A DNA stretch of 51,330 nucleotides, filler included, from Bipalium vagum (lineage: Eukaryota): the NCBI GenBank assembly GCA_037834085.1. It is 3 parts of 3 records of this genome, joined end to end, with 100 filler letters (N's around TTAATTAATTAA, not from the genome) between each part and the next. Parts side by side here need not be neighbours in the genome. Positions count along the whole stretch, not along the records: positions 1 to 19,669 come from JBBMKC010270429.1; positions 19,770 to 35,452 come from JBBMKC010151911.1; 1 more part is not named here. One strand, written 5' to 3'. Position 1 is the stretch's first letter. Each line of letters opens with the position of its first letter. The position numbers and the translations under genes are program-made. A model generated the notes under the pieces. The model did no database searches, had not been told where the DNA came from, and saw nothing but the letters and a program-made list of their open reading frames with translations. This document shows, one piece after another, positions 12,561 to 24,761 of this stretch.

Positions 12561-13900
12561 ATAATGAAGCTCTCGATAATTAAATGACTTGTGTTTGTTA
12601 ATTGAGAATCAGATATTTACAAAAAAAGTGTTTCATCTTTATTGAAAATGGTTTTTTACTTTTTATCGACCAGGATTAATAATTTTTTCTCACGAAATGA
12701 GGTTATTATAGGAAAAGTATTTGTTTACATAATAGATTTGAGTAACAAGTTTAATCCAAGTAATAATAGGGCTGATCAAGAAGTAAGGCGACATTTTTAT
12801 GGTTTTGAGGAATTAAAAATTCAAATAGTATTGACCAAAAATCCAACAAAAATAATTATTACAATAAAATCCTAAAATTCGATTTTGTGGAGATTGTAAA
12901 CGTTTTTCTATAATAATTCTACAGTGAAATTGTGTTTTGCTTTAAATAACTGAATTATCATTGAATTTTAGAATTTAATTATAAATTTTATTCGAAATAC
13001 TTAAATAATTTTATCTTATAATGGAAATTATAATCATAAAATATACATATTATTAATAAGAGTATAGACGGATCACGGAAACTTTATTTTAAAATAATTT
13101 TTAACACTAATAAATTTTGTTATAATAATGTAAAAATTAACAATAATGCATACATAAATACCAGTTTAAATATATTGTTAAGACCCTAATTTATAGAAGG
13201 TGGAACTTAAAATACGGGTTATTAGGACTTAACGGTCAAGGTTGTTTTTAATTTTTGCTGTTGAAAAACGTTAAAATCGAACACAAATCAACTAAATCGA
13301 ACTCAAAATTATGTTTTATATTAAAAAGGGATTTTACAAATACGGGTAATCGTCCTTAATGGATTTCATGATAGTCTGTTATTTCAGGGTTTGTTTTAGA
13401 TTTGGGTTAAACAGCTTTCTCGCTCTTAGGCTCACAGATCCTTGAATAAGAAAAACAATTTAACTCACCGCCCTACTTAGCGTGTGAGTTAAAAACAAAA
13501 ACGGGAAAAGAGATGGGAAAATAAATAATTATATGATCCTCAGGTCCTGACCTGAGTAGTTATTTATTTAATTAGAAAAAGACTTTGTTCTAACTGCAAA
13601 ACAAGTTTGAATCAGGCTAAAATCGATAATCAATAAATTCTGTTTTATAATTTAGAATTTTATTCAATACCTTGTTATTTAAAACTTTGTCTATTAATAA
13701 GACAAATAATTTATAAATTGATTTAAGGGACAAATTTAAATCTACCACTATTAAAAATTATTAATTTAAACTTTGTCTAATTTATAAGACAAGTAAAATA
13801 TAAATCTACTAATAACAAGGTAAAAGCAAAATTGAATCCTGTATTACTGGAAATAAATGACAAATGATAATTTAATCGTAGGGTTTTTGGATTTGTCTAA

Positions 13901-14155
13901 GGAATAATAGTAGGCTTTGTTTTTGTCGGAGGAATAATAGTAGGCTTTGTTTTTGTCGGAGGAATAATAGTAGGCTTTGGTTTTGTCGGAGCAATAATAG
14001 TAGGCTTTGGTTTTGTCGAAAGAATAATAGTAGACTTGATTTGTTGAAGGAATACTTTGAATTTGTCGAAGGAATACTTTGGATTTGTCGAATAAATATT
14101 TTGGATTTGTCGAATGATTACTTTGGATTTGTCGAATGAATACTTTGAATTTGTC
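13901..14155. repeat. Compound minisatellite: ~4.5 x 30-bp units then 5 x 22-bp units
   Basis: GGAATAATAGTAGGCTTTGTTTTTGTCGGA at 13901, 13931, 13961, 13991; GAAGGAATACTTTG(A/G)ATTTGTC-like units at 14046, 14068, 14090, 14112, 14134. Confidence 0.95.
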
Positions 14156-14589
14156 ACGGAAATAATTACTGATTTTTAAGAAGTATTTTGTGTAGTGGTT
14201 GCTTTTATATTGCTGTATGAAGTATCAGTCTGCCTTGGGTCTTTCTTTTGATTAATTGCAGTTGGTTTCTTTTGACTTCTTGATTGATTACTGCAAGATA
14301 ATGGTCCGGGCTACTTCTGGTTTTCGACTGATAAATGTTGTTGTTGATTAATTATATTTTTTTGTTCTGCCCCTTTGCTTAATTATCCGGGCCTATATTT
14401 TTTTATTTATAATAAAAATTATTTTTAGTTATTATTAATTACTATATATATACATTTATTATATTTTTTTATACTATTTTTAATTTTTATATGCTTTTTT
14501 TTGTTTTTAGTCATTTATTTTATGTATTTTTTTATTTTTAGTAACTATATTATTTTATATATTTTTTTATAAATTAAAATATTTTATTT

Positions 14590-14853
14590 TTTTATTATTA
14601 TTATTATCATTATCCATCAAGGCGACCTTACAAAAATAAAAAGAATCACTAACATAAAATATAATTCAAAATATATAAAGTACAATGTTTACACAAAAAC
14701 ACCAAAATAATAAAATGATCACATAATATCAAATGTCTTAAAATCAAAAATATCAGTGTCTTGATTGTCTTCGGTTTTTGGATGGGCTTGGATGATTTGG
14801 AGGATTTGTTGATGGATTGGGTGAGCTGGGAGAATTTGATGGGAGTCTCCACA
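14590..14853 (-). mobile_element. Possible 5'-truncated LINE 3' stub
   Basis: Abrupt GC-richer block (14750-14853) followed on the minus strand by a T-rich UTR and a (TAA)n tail. Confidence 0.3.
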
Positions 14854-15933
14854 ATATTAACAAATTATAAAAATAATATTTCAAAAATTTATGTAATTGA
14901 TTAAATATTTGCTTTTTATAATAAATTTAAATTAAAAAGTTTAAAATAAAAATTGCAAATCTCATTTTTTGAAAATTAATTTTATCATCATTAGAATATT
15001 ATCATTTTTGATAGGAGAAAAATAAAAAAATTGGACCAAACCCTTTCATTTTAATATTAATGAACATTTTTTACAATATTATTTTGATTTTAATCTTATA
15101 TATAATCATAATCCATATTAAAAATGTTACATTAACTATATCAAATTTTTAGGAATTATATTTAATTTAGAATTTTTAGTAAAATTTTACAACTATTAAT
15201 ATGTAATATATATATTTGGATTCCAAGTTAGTCTGTAAGCTCTATATTTACTGTGTCTCAATGATTTAATCAGTGTGATCATGCATTAAAAAACTTATTT
15301 ACAGATATACTCAAATAATAAATCTAAAAATTCAGATTCAGAGTTAACAGTTAAACATTGAATTCTATCAATTAAATAGCTAAGAAAAATGAAATTTTCA
15401 CAATGTTACCCCTAATGTTGGCTAATAAGAACAGGATAATTATCCAAAATGTTAAGTTTAAATTTTTTTTATTAGCTTCGGGTTTAATAAATCCCAATTT
15501 CTATAAGCCATTTTCCATTACCTTAAAAGAGAGGGGCTTAATCTTTCCTGAACTTTTTTCTTTATCATGCGATTTTATTCATTTATAAGATATGGTTTTT
15601 AAATTAAGGATATTTACATAATTCGTTCTCTGAATGAGAATTAATTTTTTTATTAAAATTCAATGAATATTTTCAATTTTGATCAATATATTCAGTTATT
15701 GGATCTATTATTCTTAGAATTAATTTTATTTTCAAAATCAATTAATATTTAATAATTGATCATGGTTGTTAAGAGAACGATGGAAAACTTTTGATATCAA
15801 TAATTAAATAATTGAATTCACTTTAAAATTCTTGTTAAAATTCAAGAGATTGGAATAGAGAAACAAATTAAATTATAGTGGCATAAACTAAAAATTAAAA
15901 CAAGAGAAAAAATTCTAAAAATGCCATTCTTAA

Positions 15934-17842
15934 TTGATAGCATTGGGCGCTAACCGGGTGGTCGATCACCTTACCCTGGCCTCGAAGCAGTCACGACAGT
16001 CCTTATATCGGGACCAACGTAAAGGATACGATGAACGTCTTAGGGAAATATTTCGAACTATCACCAAGACGGATCGCCTCAAGGGTTCCAATAAAGCCTT
16101 CCTCTACTCCCCCGTGGCTCTTGGAGGCTTTGGCATTACTCGCGCCATCGATGATTACTACAGCTGTAGTATCGCGAAAGGGCTGCGATTCCTCACTAGC
16201 TCTGATCAGTCCTTCCGCACATTCATTACTAACCATCTTCTCCATGTCGTACAAATGAGACAATCGGTAACGGCCCACACGGATCTCACTCTTGCCCTGG
16301 CTTGGCTCTTAAATCTCAAAAACTTCTCCCTCTTTGGTCAAGCCACATTGTGGACTAAAATTCGCAAAGCGTGTAAGGCCTTTAAACTTCAACATATTGA
16401 CTGCTCCTTCTTGCTTTCCAACAATTCCGTGTCCCTCAAAGTTATTGTGACAACCGCCAATGAAACTCCCAACTACATCTTTGACGGAGTGAACATCTAT
16501 AAAACTACGTCGACGCTCCATGAGGCGGTAGCCCTCCAGAACTATATGGAATGGCGGTCACATAAGTCACAGGGCCTACTGGTCCCTTGCTTTGACCTTA
16601 GCCCATTCTCCAACTTCATCCTGCATAAACACCATCTTTCACCGATCATCTTGCGCTTAATTATTAAGGCACGCAACAACAATTTAGCGCTTAATTGCCG
16701 GCCTTTTAACTTCTTCAAGAATTGTGTCATCATCTGCCGAAAATCAAATGATCATCCTGAAACGCAGGCGCACGTCCTCAATCATTGCAAAAGTCGACCA
16801 TTAATGCATAAGGCCAATCATAACACAGTCCGTCCGGCAGGAGCTGATTTTCTTCGTGACCTTTACTTTGACGTAGACGTTGATATGGCCCCTCCTTCAC
16901 TTCGGACCACCTTGCACCCGGGTCTGGTCATTCGTCAAAAAACAAAAAAGGTCATCCTTATTCTTGACGTCAAAGCGCCTTATGATTGTGTCAAAAACTT
17001 CTCGACCCATAGGGAGGCCAATCGCCATAGATACACGTCCTTGGCCGACCAGCTGGTCACCAGCAGCTACTCAACCGTACTCCTTGATATACTTAATGTG
17101 GGCACTCTAGGGTACTGGGACCCAGCGAATGATTGCCTGCTTATAAAGACCGGCCTTAACAAAGACCAACGTGCGGCCCTCACTCATCGTCTTCTTAATA
17201 CTACCGTCCGCGAATCATTCCATATTTTCCTCAACCATGTGGCCTCCCCTAACGCTTCTCTTAATGTACCTCCATCATAGCTCCAACCTCTATCCGTTAT
17301 CTATTTATTACTATTTATGTCTACTATACTTATTTCATACTATTTCTTCCATATTGTCAAATACTCTCGAGACTTGCATACCTCTCCCTCCTGCACTGTT
17401 TCCCTAATCCAATCATATGTCTGTTGTTGTATGTGTTGTGTAACCATGTGTAATGTCTATGTCCCTTTTTTTATGTTTCCATTTTTTTAATTGTTCATGG
17501 CTGATTAGTATGTAGTTTGCCACAGTAATCGCTGGTGCTTGTGTTCTCCTTGTATGTATGGCTTTGAAAATTTTCCTGCTCTCTGTTAACAGATGTAGCC
17601 TGCAATGAGAGCAGAGATCATTTGGTCTCGATAATGAGCCCAATTTGCTTTATTCCGATCTCTGCATTACACTAATGTTTAGCTTTAAGGATCTTCAGGG
17701 GTCGCAAATGGATCACATGGGCCACAGCCAGAGACTGTAGACATGTATGACAAAGTATTATTGTATATATAAATCAGATTACTGTACACTGTACAGATAT
17801 GAACTGTTATAATAAATATACATTATTGTGTAGAAAAAAAAA
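15934..17842 (+). mobile_element. 5'-truncated RLE-type non-LTR retrotransposon (NeSL/Utopia-like); ORF 15934-17280, 3' UTR and poly(A)
   Basis: RT thumb LYSP..LGGFG, zinc knuckle CRK...ETQAHVLNHC, RLE region ILDVKAPYD, VGTLGYWDPAN; AATAAA at 17811 and A-tail at 17834-17842; GC content far above the flanks. Confidence 0.9.
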
Positions 17843-17926
17843 CTCAAATTTTACGTTAAAATAAATCCAGTGCTATCTGTTTTATAACAGAAATATTTCT
17901 AATATGTAGTTTTCATAATTTCCAAC

Positions 17927-18026
17927 GGTTATTCTGCAGTTTAGGGCCACTAAACTACTTACTATTATCAGTAGATAAATTAAAATTTTTATAATTTTTT
18001 AAACGCACCTAAGCTGCAGGATAACC
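17927..18026. repeat. 100-bp element with 19-bp inverted arms
   Basis: GGTTATTCTGCAGTTTAGG ... CCTAAGCTGCAGGATAACC. Confidence 0.75.
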
Positions 18027-18334
18027 TTTCAAACTTTATACATTTTCATTCGATCTCACCCACGACCTGTACTTTTTCCATCAAAACTTCTCAAGGTTTT
18101 TCGCTTAAAACTCGATGTTCATCATCAAATTACTAGTCTCAAATCAAAATAAAAATGGAAACAACCCAATGAATGGAATCAGACTTGAAGGATTTACAAA
18201 TACATATATTATAACGCGAAGTGCCTGGGTTACAGATATTTAGAATACTCCAAAAGTTACATAATAAGCTATTGATCCATAAACAAAATATTTTATTTAT
18301 CAACTCCGTTTAAAGTTATTCGGTTTCCCACGAA

Positions 18335-18536
18335 TTAGTACGCCTCGATCTTTATGCTTTCCCTAATTCCCATGCATTCAACCTCGTCAATGAAGAGTGA
18401 ATTTTGTTTCACTTGAATTTCTTCTTCAAGATCCAGTTGCCTTCTTGCCAGCGCGTTCCTTTCGAAATTGGCGTCCTCCAATCGTCTTTGAAGATGAGCA
18501 ATATCTCTCTCCAATTCTGCCACTTCTTCCACTAAC
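18335..18536 (-). CDS. Tektin (tektin-1-like), terminal exon only
   Basis: Acceptor ttttag, then LVEEVAEL..RRQLDLEEEIQVKQNSLFIDEVECMGIR, the conserved tektin C-terminus; upstream exons not seen before the linker. Confidence 0.88.
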
Positions 18537-19580
18537 CTAAAAGCATTTTAAAAACCAATTGATTTTTTATAAAATTTAGAACACATTGGTTTTCAAAAGA
18601 CAAAATAAACTCATTGTCTCAAAAGGTATTTAAATATAATATTTTATATTTCATAATATATTATATAATATTTTATTTATATATTTTATATTTATTAATA
18701 TTTATTTTATTATTTTCAATATTTATTTTTTTTAATATTTATTCTTCGATTTGAAAATTGATATTATTATTCCACATTTATAAAATATTTTATTGTATAA
18801 GTGATGATTATAAAAATATTTTGGATTATTGATCGTCAGATGGATAATGAAAAAATATAATATTGATTCAAAGGTGACAAAAGACCTACTGAAATGTAAT
18901 GATTTCACAACAATAGTAAAGAATGAATTTATTGAAATTAATGATCTATAACGTTCATTATAAAATAAAGATCAATATTTCAAAAATTTGTTTGGAGCTA
19001 AAAAAAAATTTCGTTCTTATTTCAATAAGGTACTTCTTTCAATTCATTGGTCCGAAACAATTATAAAATATTTTTTACGTTCTAAAGATCCTCCTTACGT
19101 TCTAAAGATCCTAATGAATGTCTAATAAAAAATTAACACCGATTTCCGCCAGTATCTAAAAATTATGGAATATTTGATTCATGAAAATTGGAAAATCCAG
19201 CAACTCGGTTTTTATTAAAAATTTTCAACTACGGTTTTGAGATATTTATTTCCATACATAAACTAATCGAAAAAACAGTTTAAGGATAAAGGATTTATAA
19301 TATTATGATCCAAAAACAAAAAAATGTAAAAAATCTATCTCGGAGTTTCTCTTCAATAAAATAATTAACATGTTTTCTACTATTTATGCTCACAGAATAT
19401 TAATTAATAAACATCATTAAAGCATTATTATTTATCTGTCAAAAATTAAAAATGTTACGGAACTCGATTTTTTTTAAAATTGATTGATTTAATTATAAAA
19501 GGTAACTAATAAAATGAATAGTAATTTAATTTTTATTGATATAATTAAAATTATATTATACATTTAATATTATTTTATAT

Positions 19581-19669
19581 TTAACCCTTTCCCTGCTCCA
19601 CACGTATATATTCGCAAAAAAAACTTGTGTATCATACGCTCCCGACGAATATTTTCGCGCTTAGTTTTA
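19581..19669 (+). mobile_element. Probable piggyBac-type left end truncated by the segment end
   Basis: TTAA followed by CCCTTT and a subterminal repeat (ACGTATATATTCGC / ACGAATATTTTCGC). Confidence 0.4.
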
Positions 19670-19769
19670 NNNNNNNNNNNNNNNNNNNNNNNNNNNNNNN
19701 NNNNNNNNNNNNNTTAATTAATTAANNNNNNNNNNNNNNNNNNNNNNNNNNNNNNNNNNNNNNNNNNNN
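19670..19769. other. Artificial contig linker
   Basis: N-run + TTAATTAATTAA (stops in all six frames) + N-run, exactly 100 bp. Confidence 0.97.
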
Positions 19770-19920
19770 CCTGCCCATAGTGCAGCCTGGAAAGGAGCTA
19801 CGATGATCACTCTGGTTGCTTTCTGTGATGATTTGTGGATCAGTGCCAACGATTGGAATAAATATGGATCGAGAGCGATCAGGGAGAAGGCTCCGTTTCT
19901 TTGGTGATTATTCTGTACCA
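19770..19920 (-). mobile_element. Possible DIRS retroelement fragment (methyltransferase-like domain after RNase H)
   Basis: GAFSL...PYLFQSLALI.K...VIIVAPFQAALW resembles DAF..Y.FPP..LI..K...VIL.AP.W...W. Confidence 0.4.
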
Positions 19921-20736
19921 TGTAATATATTATAAAAATACAAAACATTGATTTTCTGCACCTGTTCTTGTTTCTTTAGAATTGAAAATGTTTCTCCATT
20001 TTACAGATATTAGCAATATATTTTCCATAAATATTTATTATCAATTTAATTTATGATATCTGTAAAATTTTTTTATGTAACGATATTGAATTTTCTTTCT
20101 CCCTAGTGAGCATAATCAAATCATTTACATTTCTTAAGTAATATTCACAACATCAAAAGAGAAAATCAATATCTTTCAGAATGTTATTACAATTACTTAA
20201 ACAACAAAAATATACATTAACTAAAAAGTAAAACCATACGTTTATTTTAAATTAAAAGTTATAAATCATTTTCTTTATGTGTTTAAGTATCATGGATGTG
20301 TTTTTCTGTAAATATATCGAAACTAACATATTGAATGGCTACAGTAAATCTCCAAATTTACTCCGGGTTCAATGAAAAGCTTCGTTGACCAGTATTATAT
20401 CGTGATTTTCAGGTACATTCTTACTGTGTGTAGGTGTGAGTTGAAGAGGACTTTATTAAGAACGTACTATTCCAAGGCGGTCATTAGCCATGAAGAGGAG
20501 TTCACGATCCCGAATTCAATAGCCGGTTTTTGAGTCGTTGGGTCTACCAGTATTATCAATCAATGGATGATCACTGTCGTGGCTCTACATATTTTCTTTT
20601 ATACACAATTGGTTTTCACTGAAATCAAAGGCCATGCTAACAAAAAATTCTTTTATTATTTTTTTTAAAGATAGATAACTGTTTTATTATTATTTAATAA
20701 ATAATAAAAATGTGTAAAATTAAAAAAAAATTACTA

Positions 20737-23118
20737 TGTTCAATATTTAGGGTATCAAATTTAGACCTGACTCCAAATCTTAGGTGCTGCAAATAAAAAG
20801 GCAATAAATTATTTTTTTGCTGGGATCTAATCTTGACAATGGCGAACCTAAATTGCCAAGATTAGATTAGGGTCCGCAAGAAGGAACCGATTTAGGATTA
20901 ATGATCCTAAAAGGGGAATTGATATTTCCCATTAATAAAATTGGTCTACCACTGATTAGTCTTCGACCAAAATACTATATAAGGAGAAGGATTTCTCCAT
21001 AAATTTGCCCTCAACAAGCAGACGACAACGAGAAATTAGACAATCGTTATTCGGAGAAGACAATCCCTATTCGGAGGAGATTATCAGAGAATTCCAAGTA
21101 TATTTTTAAAGTACCCAATCTCGGGATTGTGCTTGAGTTCCCCAACAGAGGGCCATTTCTGAGCAACTGTATAGGCTCAGCTAAAAATCTGGGAAGCTTA
21201 AACGAAGCTAACCTGTAAGCTTGTTTATTTTATTTTATTTTCTTCTTGCTTATCTTAACAGTTTACTTTATTATTAATTAATTATTATTATAATTCAACT
21301 ATTGTATCATTTAAGTGTTTATTTTGTTTTAATTGGTTTCCTTTTATAAATCTTTTGTGCTTGATTGATATAGACAATTGCAGACATTTCAGATTATATT
21401 ATTATTATTATATTATTATTATTATATCATTATTATTATAATATTTTTTTCATTTTAAAAGAAAAATTGTGCCTCTATTTTTCTATTTGTCTTTTAATAT
21501 TTGAACCGAAATCTTATGAAAAATTTTCTAAGTAAAAGTGATAAAGCCAATGAAAGCGATTTTTATACTTTTATTAAACAAGCCATCATGCTACTTTTCT
21601 CTGAATATATTTTGCCTACATTTATTAATTATTCCTCCAGGTATGCAAGCTTTCTAAGAGTAATTTGTTAGAATCTTTTTAGTTAATATTTCGTATTCAA
21701 TGAATGTTTTATATTTTCGAAATCTTTCATTTTTTTAATTGGGCTTAAAGCGGCCCAGAAAATGGCAACTAGAAATATACATCACTATAGATTATATTTT
21801 TTGTTAACTATATACATTTTGAAATTTCAATCAAGTCTTCAGAAATTATGTTAAAATGATCCTTTAAATTGTGAATATGATATTGAGGGAAAGATATTTG
21901 CTTTTCTATATACAACCTTTAAGGAATATATATATTAAGATTTCGATTATTACTTTATAATTATTGATTTATAACATTAAGATATGAAAGTCTCTGTTGA
22001 AATAAAGATAATTCTATTATTTTAGGTTTGTTTGAATAATATAAAACTCAGCGTAAGTGACAATGACAACAGCGCAAATTTGTTGGGTTTACCCAAGACA
22101 TTCACCCGGAAATAGAGTTAAGGGAACAATGAAAAGGGGGCTTAAATGTTAAAAATAATAATAATAATAAAAGTTAATTAACACATGAAAAGCAATTAAA
22201 AATTCCCAGATATTTTTATTTTCAAATTACTTAGAAAATAGAACAGCTCTCAAAAGGTAATTTTTATTTTTAAAGAATGCTAAAAAAGGTAATTTACAAA
22301 TATTAATGGTCATCAGACAGTAATTTTTAGGCAGTTTTAGAGTTTTAATAAAATTTTGAGATTATTTCAAGAATAATCTCCAGAAGAAATTAGTTTCAGA
22401 AAAGTATATAAACAGAGCGATTTCAGCAAATTCCACCCCTCAGAAATTTTGCTTATAGTAATAGCTAGTCACGAAGATTATGAAGAATTTTGAATACTAT
22501 TGATATTACAAAGATTTATTAAAGATTGATATTACAGAGATTTATTGACGAAGATTGATAACAAAGGATTTTGAAGAGGATTGCTACTGCTTTAGAAGAC
22601 GATTGTTTCGAAGAAGATCACAGTCCAAATTTAAGAAGGCAGAGCCATTGTTCAACTCAAAAGGATATTTTTAAACCAAGTATTTCAATCCTTATTTTAG
22701 TGTTAGGAATATGCTTAAAACCCCCCCATCAGCGGGCTGTCATTGAGCAGCCGTTAGGGCTCAGACGATAACTCGGGAGTTTTAACGGAAGACAAACCTC
22801 GAGATTTTTCCATTATCTTTTCCTTTCTTTTGTTAAAGTAATTATTAATATTAATTAATTTAGTGATATTTGTTTTAATTGGAACATTATATTTTAATTT
22901 TATTTGAATTTGACATTATTATTATTATCCGTTAACCGTTTGGTTTTTGTAACATAATTGTGAGACATTTCAGACATTACAATTGTGATCCCACATTTTG
23001 ATTCTGCATTTGGTGATTGTGTGGTAGAAATACAAGTTTTTACCTTACCTATTGTTATTATTTGCACCACCTAAGAGTTGGAGTCAGGTATAACTTTGAT
23101 ACACTAAATAGTGAACCA
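20737..23118 (+). mobile_element. Two diverged LTR-like modules in tandem, bounded by a ~58-bp inverted repeat
   Basis: 20737-20795 is the near-reverse complement of 23060-23118 (TG...CA ends). Each module has TATATAA (20976, 22405), a shared structured core (21130-21215, 22710-22800), TTTGTTTTAATTGG and GACATTTCAGA. Confidence 0.6.
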
Positions 23119-24761
23119 ATTCAAAAAATCTATTTTATGAAAATAATTTAAAGGGAAATAGTGTCCAATGGTTTCATGGGAAGTAAAGGCTGCAGCATTG
23201 GATTATCAAAAACATTATTGGGTAATTAGACATGAAGCTAATTTTGGTCATATTTAAGAATTGTGAAAACTGCGGCAAAGATTAAATAAGACCATTTTGG
23301 CCTGGATTCACTTTGCAATATTTGATCTACAATTTAATTTGAAATGATGAGGTGTCACCCTGGGGTCACACATGTACCTTAAATTTCTTTGAGCATAGGT
23401 ATAAAATCTTGTGTTAGGATCCATAGAAAAAAAAGTCCCAGCATTCATCAAATCAAACTCAAAGTCCGAAAAGGAGCCGGAACCGTTACAACCAGAAAAA
23501 GAGCTTATGGAGGAGGATTTTCCAAAGCTCATAAAAGACACAAATAATATTTTTAATTGTGAAATTTGCATAAAAAAGCCTAGTTAGGCTTACTTTCTCC
23601 TATATTATGAGTCTTTTTATGTGTTATTTTATATTTTATAAATAATAATATTTAAATTATAAATTTGTTTTTAATTAATATAAATAAATATAATAATAAT
23701 ATAAAATGTGGGTTGAAGTTAATTAAAACTTAACCCACAAAATTAGTAAAAATATTTAAAATGAATAATAATGATTCAGAAAATAAAACTTACTATAAAT
23801 ACATTAATATGAGAAAATATTAATATGTGGGTGGATATATTTATTAAGTTCTATAATATAAGAACTTTCCTAAAATAGCAAAACCCGCATATTACTCTAT
23901 TAATGAAAATTTTTATTTTCCACCAATCAAGAGATCAGGAGTGTGAAAATCAGGAGTATATAAGCTCTTAGTTTTCTCATTCAAATCGCATTTTAACTTC
24001 ACATCGACAAGTTAAGCGGGTAATAATAAAAGGTAATATTAAATACACTTCGGCTATTTAAAACGTATATCGATCTCTTTTGAGTAAAATTTAAATAATT
24101 AAATAATCATTAACGCATTCAGAGCAAATACTCTGTAATTCGTTCTTTTTTATATTTTCTTATTTCCGTTTTTGTTCTCATAGCAAATCGATTCTGCTGC
24201 GCTCTAGACGACAGAATACGTATTTTTGACATCAGTGCTTCTTCGGTAAAACCAAGAAGATTTTAATTAATTAATATTATTGTGATAAGAGAGAGTTGTA
24301 TTTGTTTTAAAAAATATATTTTTGTAATAAAAAATCGTGTTATCTCAGTTGATTTAGTTCGCATCTTAGAACACTCATTTGTTATACTACCTTTGAAGGA
24401 GTTGGTGAGCCATATCTAGCCTATATTAATAGTCTTAGTATTTTATATTTTTGAGATAAGATCTCGTATTAAATGTCGAACTAAACACTTACACCTTTCT
24501 TAACTTCGTCTAACTCATTTTTCCTTCCGAAAAAAATTTCAGAAAAAAAATTTATTTACTCAAACAAGTGAACCTGTGATTTAATACGAGAACAAATTGG
24601 CACAAAAGTCATGGAAAATGTATAAAGGAATTCCAATTTGTTGTTGTACTGTCATTTTGTTATCAAAATAATCAATCAGTAATCAATGTCAAAACCATGT
24701 GGCAAAAAACGTGAAGCAAAAAATAAACCAATAAATAAAATCCCCATCCCTGTCATCATCC

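Noticed and set aside
13901-14155. Repeat array as a CRISPR or as a PTKPKPTII protein
   Set aside because: No unique spacers or cas genes; the 22-bp period is not a multiple of three; eukaryotic context
14300-14395. GCCCGGATAA..AGGGGC on the minus strand, resembling a twister ribozyme 3' half
   Set aside because: The 5' half and pseudoknot partners are absent
17868-17895. AGTGCTATCTGTTTTATAACAG as a U2 snRNA target remnant
   Set aside because: Short gapped similarity, not adjacent to the poly(A) junction
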